DNA of 32,000 nt, taken from Candidatus Peribacter riflensis. GTDB lineage: Bacteria > Patescibacteriota > Gracilibacteria > Peribacterales > Peribacteraceae. Under the pieces are notes generated by a model, which was given only the letters and a program-made list of their open reading frames with translations, was not told the DNA's origin and made no database searches. The translations under genes were made by a program, and so were the position numbers. Shown here one piece after another: positions 23,058-29,431 of this stretch. Each line of letters starts with the position of its first letter. The first letter of the stretch is position 1. Where the stretch lies: the NCBI GenBank assembly GCA_001430755.1, contig CP013062.1, positions 90,001-122,000 on the forward strand, given 5' to 3'.

Positions 23058-24704
23058 TTAGCCTCCTGAAGACTCACCAGCGGGAAACAAATCTTCTGCA
23101 ACGCTTCGTATCGTAAATTCTGAGAAAAACCTTCTTTCTAAGAGTTTACCGTTTTTTAATCTTCCACTTATTCCGTTCCCATTTAACCCACCCAGCCTGT
23201 TAGTTATTGTTGTTGGCGTCACCCCCAGCCTTTTTGCCCAATAGAGTTTCAGTCCGTACTTTTGGTCATGATAGTCAAATGAGAGGGAATCGTCCGCAAG
23301 TGGCTCGGGGTACAATGCCCAATCAGTTACTTGCTTGGTGCGTGTTAACGCAGGTTTTTCCTCTCTCCTTGATTCTCTCAGTACTGGTTTCGGATAAAAA
23401 ACTGCCACAAGTCCATTTCTTGTTTTTCCTCTGATTCCCTCTGTAGTCCGAAGGCTTTCGGTGATGATCTTGTGTTCAGCATTGAGAATCTTTCGCCAAC
23501 CCTTCCTTGTTCTTAGTTCTATTCCATTGATTATAACAACTCCATCATCGTTGGCGACGGGAAGATTTGCAACCGACTCACCAACATTAGATGGCATGCA
23601 AAGCATATCCGCCATTTCCTCCATCTCGAGCATTCCTAATCTTGACGTTTTCCCTGTTAATAAACTGAATAACTCGAAAGTGCCACCCCAATCTTCAATT
23701 TGGGCACTTCTGAATCGGGTAACTCCAAAATGCAGTAATTCACCTTTTGTACGGATACCCAAAGCTTCCATTTTTCCCCTAATGTCACATTTTGTTGATT
23801 CACTGATTTTCGGCAAATCGATAATCCTAAAGAATTCCTCCATACTTTCCGCGGTTAGATTTTTTGGGATTTTTCCTGTCAGATTAAAATACATTTTCTT
23901 TGCCTTTCCGAATTCTTTAAAATCAAATTCCCTAAATTTATTAACTCCCTTTCGACGAGCAGTTACCCAATCGGTTACTCCGTTTATTCTCAATAGTTCT
24001 TTACATCGAGCCTTCGTATTTTCGTGAGCGGTGGGTAGATGAAGAATAGCAGCAATTTCAAGACCATCTCTCCGAGATAATTTTGATGCTTGTCCCGTTA
24101 GTACTCGAAATAATGCTGCACCATGATATCCATCGAATTGAACTCTCCTAAATTTGTTAGTTCCAATATTGCGCATTGTGGCCACATCAATTATTCCTGC
24201 CTTTTCCTCAAGCATCGCAACGAATCGAATTCTTGTCTCCTCAGACATTTCAGGCAGATGGAGTACATCAGCTAGTTCCTCCAGATTTTCTACTCGCAGT
24301 TGTGTGAGAGCCCTACCCGTTACAGCCCCGCAAAAAGCAATTCCTTTTCCTATTCCCTGGAAAGATAATGCTGCAAACCTACTCACTCCACACAATCTCA
24401 ATTCAACTCTATCCGATATCTTGTTCTCTTTGAGTCGTTGCAACAACTGTTGTTTCCATAATTGCGGGTCTTCTTTTGGTAGAAGTAAATCCATGCATAA
24501 GCGTCTGACATCTTCTTCGACGAAAGCACGGGCCACATCTCCTTTGTTCGTTACTCCTTGTATGTATGGGGCATTTCTCAATCTTGCATAAAGAATTGAA
24601 GGCTTAATTTTTAGAGCTTCGGCCCAGGCGTTGATATGCCCATATAGAATGGTCTCCTCAGATGACGCCTCTGGTGTCAGTTCTGCTTCTGACATACTAT
24701 TCAC
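23058..24704 (-). CDS. Repeat protein (548 aa): 4 tandem ~72-aa repeats plus 3 excisionase/MerR-like HTH-type motifs; function unknown
   Basis: The repeats share G(V/T)x(K/R)FR..F..G....F..LTG.....L......E.A..L.LP. Three motifs have the form W(A/R)(E/K)xL...P..I..RL....I.G....G.....F, at the N-terminus, after the repeats and at the C-terminus. The GTG start overlaps the helicase stop (GTGA); alternative ATG at 24695. Confidence 0.85.
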   Translation of the reverse strand: MNSMSEAELTPEASSEETILYGHINAWAEALKIKPSILYARLRNAPYIQGVTNKGDVARAFVEEDVRRLCMDLLLPKEDPQLWKQQLLQRLKENKISDRVELRLCGVSRFAALSFQGIGKGIAFCGAVTGRALTQLRVENLEELADVLHLPEMSEETRIRFVAMLEEKAGIIDVATMRNIGTNKFRRVQFDGYHGAALFRVLTGQASKLSRRDGLEIAAILHLPTAHENTKARCKELLRINGVTDWVTARRKGVNKFREFDFKEFGKAKKMYFNLTGKIPKNLTAESMEEFFRIIDLPKISESTKCDIRGKMEALGIRTKGELLHFGVTRFRSAQIEDWGGTFELFSLLTGKTSRLGMLEMEEMADMLCMPSNVGESVANLPVANDDGVVIINGIELRTRKGWRKILNAEHKIITESLRTTEGIRGKTRNGLVAVFYPKPVLRESRREEKPALTRTKQVTDWALYPEPLADDSLSFDYHDQKYGLKLYWAKRLGVTPTTITNRLGGLNGNGISGRLKNGKLLERRFFSEFTIRSVAEDLFPAGESSGG

Positions 24705-26194
24705 TGTTGCTCTGGCTCAATATCATCTCTACGCACATACCTTCGTGGAATGCGGAAAAACCCTTTTTCATCAAATTGAGGTCTCTCTCTCCTGATCTGC
24801 TCGAGAAGGTTTATGCGTCTAATAAGAGTTAGCTGAAGAGGTGGATTTTTTGCTTCAATGTGAGCACGTATCTGCGCAACAAGATCTCCTTCAGGACTCC
24901 CGCCATTCGTTTCTCCTTCTCTCTCGCCACGCAATCTCTGAAGCTCTTGCCATCCGCCAATAATGTCTGTGAACAACGCCGGGCGGAACTTATTGGATTT
25001 TGGGACTATTTGCACGATAACAGCATCATTTTTTTTCCATCCTCTTTTCCAGAGAGAACTACCTGGACGGATTTTACGCAAAATGCGTCCATGCCTTTGC
25101 TCAAGTTTATTGAGCGATTTTGTTGGGTAGGCATCGATGAGCAATTTTGCATTCTCTAAATTCATGCCTCGTCCTCCCATCTCGCACAGGACAATCACCT
25201 GCACCTCTCCATCTCGAAAACCATCAAGGGCAGTCTCAACTTCATGCGAATAATCTTCACCGGTAAGCCCAACTATTGTGAGTTCCGGGAAGCGTCCCTG
25301 GAATGATGCTGTAGTGGCAGCAACCATATCCTTACTAGGAACGTATACGAGAGTTGGACAATTTTTTCGGATATTTTCGGGAAGGAGATGCCCATATACA
25401 TCTGGAACTGCTCTATGTAATTCCGCATGTCTCCATGCCGCTTGTAATATTTTAGGATCGTAGTCACCCTTTCTAATCTTAAGGTCTGATTCCCTAATTT
25501 GTGATTCGTAAATGAAAAGTTCCGGCACAACATTAATGCGTTGTTTCATTGCTTCTAAAAGTGGGAGTTCATGAACAACGGGGCCATACCTATCAGAAAT
25601 ATGTCTGCCATCGGGCCACTCTTTTGTTGCTGTGAATCCTGCTGTAATTCGTGGATTGAGTGCATCAATGATTTTTGAACGCAAACTCGTTAGGAATCGA
25701 TCTACCTCATCGACGACACAGAGGTCGATTGCTTGGGAGGGGAGATATTTATGAAGCTCCCTTCGTGAATGTGCCATCTGTAAGGCATGAATTCCCGCTA
25801 CGATGATTGGTGGTTCAAATTCTCTGCGATTTCCGGACCAAATTCCTGTTTCAATTCCCAACGATTCAAATTGCTTTCGAATTCCACTAACAACTGTTCG
25901 ACCTTCGGTGATCACAAGATCCTTTCGATCGCTATTAATCCCAAGCTGGTCTTTGGCTGCTTGTGATGCAGACACTGCAGCTATCTCGACAAGCGTCTTT
26001 CCCGAACCACAGCTTGCAACCGCACACATTCGTTCTCGATTCAGGAGTAATCCTTCATATAATTCCTTCATCGCTTCTTGTTGATGATCTTCAAGACGAA
26101 TTCCGCTCTGTTTTGGGTCGGAATGAGGCAGGTATTCAAAACGGCTAGCAAACTGTTCCTGAAATGCCTCAAGGTACCCCGGGAGTTGAGCCAT
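24701..26194 (-). CDS. Superfamily-2 DEAD/DEAH-box helicase (ResIII/RadD-like), island-encoded
   Basis: LEDHQQEAMKEL, Walker A ASCGSGKT, DEVD (motif II), FTAT (III), KGDYDPKIL and QRHGRILR (VI). AT-rich codon usage. Confidence 0.88.
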   Translation of the reverse strand: MAQLPGYLEAFQEQFASRFEYLPHSDPKQSGIRLEDHQQEAMKELYEGLLLNRERMCAVASCGSGKTLVEIAAVSASQAAKDQLGINSDRKDLVITEGRTVVSGIRKQFESLGIETGIWSGNRREFEPPIIVAGIHALQMAHSRRELHKYLPSQAIDLCVVDEVDRFLTSLRSKIIDALNPRITAGFTATKEWPDGRHISDRYGPVVHELPLLEAMKQRINVVPELFIYESQIRESDLKIRKGDYDPKILQAAWRHAELHRAVPDVYGHLLPENIRKNCPTLVYVPSKDMVAATTASFQGRFPELTIVGLTGEDYSHEVETALDGFRDGEVQVIVLCEMGGRGMNLENAKLLIDAYPTKSLNKLEQRHGRILRKIRPGSSLWKRGWKKNDAVIVQIVPKSNKFRPALFTDIIGGWQELQRLRGEREGETNGGSPEGDLVAQIRAHIEAKNPPLQLTLIRRINLLEQIRRERPQFDEKGFFRIPRRYVRRDDIEPEQQ

Positions 26195-26200
26195 ATTTTT

Positions 26201-26228
26201 ATTCTAAACTGATATGAATACTTGTCAA
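26201..26228 (-). promoter_or_regulatory. Near-consensus sigma70 promoter of the island operon; predicted leaderless transcript
   Basis: The minus strand reads TTGACA (26228-26223), a 16-nt spacer, then TAGAAT (26206-26201). Only 6 nt (AAAAAT) separate the -10 from the ATG at 26194. It lies directly inside DR2. Confidence 0.55.
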
Positions 26229-26233
26229 TAAGT

Positions 26234-26246
26234 TGGCTCCCCCGGC
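26234..26246 (-). repeat. Direct repeat DR2 = exact copy of the last 13 nt of tRNA-Asn (GCCGGGGGAGCCA)
   Basis: Plus-strand tggctcccccggc is identical to 26324-26336. It is preceded on the minus strand by the nested hairpin CTGCGA-AGC-TCGCAG. Confidence 0.75.
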
Positions 26247-26323
26247 CCGTGCTTCGCTCTGCGAGCTTCGCAGGGCCTCGCGGCTATTACACAGGTGTTG
26301 AACTGGTTGATTGTTGTTAGAGA

Positions 26324-26398
26324 TGGCTCCCCCGGCTGGACTCGAACCAGCAACCTTGGCGTTAACAGCGCCCTGCTCTACCATTGAGCTACAGGGGA
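26324..26398 (-). tRNA. tRNA-Asn (anticodon GTT), CCA encoded
   Basis: Manual cloverleaf. Acceptor stem TCCCCTG/CGGGGGA (one G-U pair). D arm GCTC-AATGGTA-GAGC. Anticodon arm GGGCG-CTGTTAA-CGCCA (one G-A mismatch at 27-43). 5-nt variable loop. T arm GCTGG-TTCGAGT-CCAGC. Discriminator G, then CCA. 75 nt in total. Confidence 0.9.
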
Positions 26399-26426
26399 AC
26401 GTTGATGGAAAGAACTGCCGGTTGCT

Positions 26427-26525
26427 CCCTGCCCTGAGCGACTCCGCATGCGGAGGAGTCGAAGGGTACCATTGAGCTACCCGCCTTCGTCCCGCGACTG
26501 CGGGACTACGGACGGGCAGGCAGGG
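26427..26525 (-). other. Cloverleaf-like structured region containing a tRNA D-arm-derived fragment (not a canonical tRNA)
   Basis: The 14-nt stretch 26467-26480 is identical to 26379-26392 of tRNA-Asn. Three hairpins (26489-26506, 26464-26482, 26439-26461) are enclosed by a 7-bp closing stem (26427-26434 with 26514-26525). There is no anticodon/T-loop consensus and no CCA. Confidence 0.3.
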
Positions 26526-26627
26526 GACCGATGCATGCAAAGAACAAGACAGTCACTGATGTACGACTGGCGTCAGTATACGGATACCCGGCTGGGAAGA
26601 AATAGCGAAAAATGTCAGATATTCTTC

Positions 26628-27896
26628 CTACTTCCTCTTCCGCGGCAGGAGCAGCACGATTTCGCGTCCCACGAACTGATCGGGGCGGCGGTACAGCAGC
26701 GAAAGGCGGTTTTCGCGCGTCGGCTCGATGCCCGGAGGAAGGGTTGCGATGTACCCGGCCTTGTGTGCGGCCTCCCATGCGTGTTCCAGGAAGATCGTCT
26801 CGTTCTTGATCTTCCAGAAGGGCCACGTGAGGGCGAGCGGCACGCCGGGCAGGGTCTTGCTGCAGTTCTCGATGAACGCGGCCTCGAGCTTTTCGAGCTC
26901 CGTCTTCATTTTGGCGGCGGATTTCTGCGTGGGACGGTCCTCCAGCGCCGGGCCGAGGGTCGTTTCGGTCACCACCATGGCGGGCAGCTGCTTCAGCACG
27001 AACGGCTTGAGGGCATCCTGCTTCCAGACGGTGCTCTCGGCATCTTTTTTGAGAATCTTCAGTTCCTTGCGCAGCCACTCCAGGTTCTTCTCGCAGCCGT
27101 TCACGGCTTTCTGCGCGAGATCCGACGCGAGCACGTGCCAGCCGCGCACGAGGCACTCGATGGGGATCACGCCGGTGCCGCAGAAGGGATCGAACACAGT
27201 GAGAGGCTCGGGCTTCTTCGCCCGCTTCTGTGTGGGATCGTGCAGGGGAGTCTGGCATCCGCGCGACAGCCACGCGCCCATGTTGAGCAGAATCTGTGCG
27301 AGCTTGGGCGGCAGCAGACCAACGGTCGTGTCGCGCACGGGCTTGCCGATATCCCGCTTGGTGTAGGCGTTGACGTCCTGTGCGGCGATGGTGCGGCCGA
27401 TCCAGAAGGTCTGGTTATCTTCCTCTTCGCTCTCGGGCAGGAGCACGAGTTCACAGCCGCGTTTGGGATCCAGCAGGCCCGCATCGCGCAGCAGCACCGG
27501 AGGCGCAGGCTCGCGCTCACTGCCCACATAGCGGCAGGGGCGGCCGAGCTTGCGGAGTGCTTCCTTACACTGGCGGTAGAGCGTGTGGATGGCCGGGCGC
27601 GGCAGGAGCAGCGTGCGGAGCGAGAAGGTGACTTTACTGCGGCGCGCATCTTTGAGTTCGCTCACGAGCAGCGAAGGAACTTCTGCAGGGGTCACCGCCT
27701 GATCGGTGGCGCGGCGGGCGAGGATGACGATGCCTCCCAACGTGTCGAGAAAAGCCGCATCGAGTTCCACGGGGCTCTCGAAGAGGACGACGGCATCTTT
27801 GATGGTCCTGCGATACAGAAAGCCCGGAACGGCGGCGGCCAGTTCTGCGAGCGAGATGCGCGGCTGATGACCGAGGAAGGCGGCGTACGATGGCAT
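26628..27896 (-). CDS. Class I SAM-dependent methyltransferase, Trm11/UPF0020-like (probable RNA methyltransferase)
   Basis: YTKRDIGKPVRDTTVGLLPPKLAQILLNMG ... VFDPFCGTGVIPIEC matches the Trm11-type pre-motif and motif I. Motif IV is the non-canonical VVTETTLGP rather than (D/N)PPY. The start at 27896 (MPSYAAF) is preferred over the ORF-track start at 27986, because a promoter-like element and an inverted repeat lie in between. Confidence 0.7.
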   Translation of the reverse strand: MPSYAAFLGHQPRISLAELAAAVPGFLYRRTIKDAVVLFESPVELDAAFLDTLGGIVILARRATDQAVTPAEVPSLLVSELKDARRSKVTFSLRTLLLPRPAIHTLYRQCKEALRKLGRPCRYVGSEREPAPPVLLRDAGLLDPKRGCELVLLPESEEEDNQTFWIGRTIAAQDVNAYTKRDIGKPVRDTTVGLLPPKLAQILLNMGAWLSRGCQTPLHDPTQKRAKKPEPLTVFDPFCGTGVIPIECLVRGWHVLASDLAQKAVNGCEKNLEWLRKELKILKKDAESTVWKQDALKPFVLKQLPAMVVTETTLGPALEDRPTQKSAAKMKTELEKLEAAFIENCSKTLPGVPLALTWPFWKIKNETIFLEHAWEAAHKAGYIATLPPGIEPTRENRLSLLYRRPDQFVGREIVLLLPRKRK

Positions 27897-27906
27897 AGCG
27901 GCAGCG

Positions 27907-27935
27907 AGTATACAGGGAAGAGTATGAAGTATGAA
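27907..27935 (-). promoter_or_regulatory. Candidate promoter for the methyltransferase gene
   Basis: The minus strand reads TTCATA (27935-27930), a 17-nt spacer, then TATACT (27912-27907). The ATG lies 10 nt downstream. Confidence 0.35.
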
Positions 27936-27982
27936 GGAGGCTTGTTCACGCGCATCCTGCATACCGCATTCTTCATACTTCA

Positions 27983-29431
27983 TCACTGTTCGTTCATGGC
28001 ATCACGTGTCAACAGAACGACCAGCATCACCACGAGCGGAGCCAGCTGCACGAATCCGCGGGCGAGCCCCGTCTGGCGCAAGGCCTCTGCCGAGAGCGAG
28101 GTGAAGAGGAAGAGCGAAACCTGCAGCAGAATCGCAACCAGTACGAGAAGCACGAGCGGCGCGAGCGGCGAGCGCAGAATTTGTTTGCCCTGCAGAACGA
28201 GCAGCAGGAGGAAAGCCGGGAAGAGTAGGTGCCAGTTGCCCTCGAAGAAGGTGTTGACCCACAGGGCGTAGAGCACGCCCGGCTGCCAGCCGAATTCGTA
28301 GCTGGAGGAGAGAGACTTGGCGTTGCCGAATCCGAGTCCGTAGGTCCATTTGAAAGTCACCCAAGCGCAGCCGATGGCGAGCAGCCAGCCGACGGTCCAG
28401 GCGAGCGTGGCGCGCACCTCGCGCCCCGTCATGCGTCCGCGCCGGTTGAGCACGATGAGGCTGCCGATGAGCAGGGCGAGGAGGATCGGCAGGTAGAGGA
28501 CGAGCGCTTCGTTCTTCGTGAAGATGAGCAGACCCAGTGCGAGGGCACCCAGACGCAGGAAGCTTGAGCGACGTGCGGCATCCGGTTCTGTGAGAGCGCT
28601 CCAGATCAGTGATCCGGCTGCGAACAGGTGTGCCGACAGAAACACATCGGCGTAGGCATTCACACCGTGGAAGAGGGAGAGGGGCAGGCTCGCGAGCAGG
28701 TAGACGCCCAGCAGCGCCCACCTTGGTCCTGCTTGGCGCTGCAGAACACCGTAGAGGAGTGCGAGAGAGGCCAGGAACCAGAGCAAGTGGATACTGTTCA
28801 CGAGCCCTTCGTGCCACTGCCCGGCGAATGAGGCGAGCGATGCCTTGGCGAGCGAGACGGTCGGCGGATAGCTGCTCAGGGGTCCCGTGTCTTCACCGCC
28901 CATCTGCCCGATGTCGATGGTCTGTGTCGTGAAGAACACTTTGGCGCGGTAGTTCCAGTTCTTCAGCGTGTCGTCGAAGTACGGGGGAGTCGTGGCAAGG
29001 ATGAAGGAGCCGAAGGCGATTTTTGCGATGGTCCAGATCGCGAGGAGGACGAGGAGGACGGAGACGGACTTCGGGATGCGGACTTCCCCCTTCGCCAAGG
29101 CTTCGGGGGACAGGTCGGACCTTGGAAGAGGGATAGGGTTAGGGCTAGGGTTAGGGTTAGGGAAGAGGTGCCATTGCAGAATTCTCAAGAGGAGCAGCAG
29201 GAACGTGAGCGAGCCCTGCACCGAGAGGAATCCGAAGCGCGTGAAAAGGATCAGTCCGGCGATGTGCACGAGGAAGGTGACGAACATCGTGAGCGTGAGC
29301 CCGAGCAGGAATCCGAGCGCAAGGCGCTCCAGCCAGAGCAGCACCAGTGTGCGGCCTTCGAGGAGGCGCAAGAGCAGCCAACCACAGAGCGTTGGCAGTA
29401 TGATGCCGGCGGGGAGCCAGAGGAGCGTCAT
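27983..29431 (-). CDS. Large polytopic membrane protein (482 aa, >=10 TM); a GT-C-like glycosyltransferase topology is only a guess
   Basis: Hydrophobic helices occur throughout, with a Pro/Asn-rich loop PNPNPSPNPIPLP. ATGA overlap with the upstream gene (29428-31). Confidence 0.8.
   Translation of the reverse strand: MTLLWLPAGIILPTLCGWLLLRLLEGRTLVLLWLERLALGFLLGLTLTMFVTFLVHIAGLILFTRFGFLSVQGSLTFLLLLLRILQWHLFPNPNPSPNPIPLPRSDLSPEALAKGEVRIPKSVSVLLVLLAIWTIAKIAFGSFILATTPPYFDDTLKNWNYRAKVFFTTQTIDIGQMGGEDTGPLSSYPPTVSLAKASLASFAGQWHEGLVNSIHLLWFLASLALLYGVLQRQAGPRWALLGVYLLASLPLSLFHGVNAYADVFLSAHLFAAGSLIWSALTEPDAARRSSFLRLGALALGLLIFTKNEALVLYLPILLALLIGSLIVLNRRGRMTGREVRATLAWTVGWLLAIGCAWVTFKWTYGLGFGNAKSLSSSYEFGWQPGVLYALWVNTFFEGNWHLLFPAFLLLLVLQGKQILRSPLAPLVLLVLVAILLQVSLFLFTSLSAEALRQTGLARGFVQLAPLVVMLVVLLTRDAMNEQ
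29133..29162. repeat. Five tandem NTAGGG hexamers (ATAGGG TTAGGG CTAGGG TTAGGG TTAGGG) inside a CDS
   Basis: Read directly from the sequence. On the coding (minus) strand it encodes PNPNPSPNPI in a loop of the 482-aa membrane protein. Confidence 0.9.

Larger units (their letters stand above)
22878..26323. mobile_element. Putative integrated genomic island at tRNA-Asn 3' end (no recombinase detected)
   Basis: It is bounded by the tRNA and by direct repeats of the tRNA 3' end (DR1, plus DR2 at 26234-26246). GC drops sharply inside. It contains two coupled genes and its own promoter. Confidence 0.65.

Noticed and set aside
26251-26271. Clustered GCGAAGC (the stable DNA mini-hairpin sequence) near both att-like repeats (also 22909-22915), as a possible ssDNA origin signal
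   Set aside because: The same 7-mer occurs several more times in ordinary coding sequence of this GC-rich window (for example near 2065, 4329, 12409 and 15050). The clustering is therefore not clearly above chance.
22878-26323. Search for an integrase, transposase or relaxase within or next to the tRNA-Asn island
   Set aside because: No ORF in any frame shows tyrosine-recombinase (R..H..R..Y), serine-recombinase or DDE-like motifs. Absence is reported as a finding rather than a feature.
26199-26540. 113-aa minus-strand ORF
   Set aside because: It is translated straight through tRNA-Asn (giving SSMVEQGAVNAKVAGSSPAGG) and the att-like repeat. It is an artefact.
26448-28271. 607-aa plus-strand ORF spanning the methyltransferase gene
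   Set aside because: It is antisense to a gene with clear SAM-methyltransferase motifs. It crosses two genes and the tRNA-flank region and has shadow-ORF composition.
29133-29162. TTAGGG-type repeats as a telomere or linear-replicon end
   Set aside because: Only five imperfect units are present. They are embedded in frame within a long membrane-protein ORF, with normal genes on both sides.
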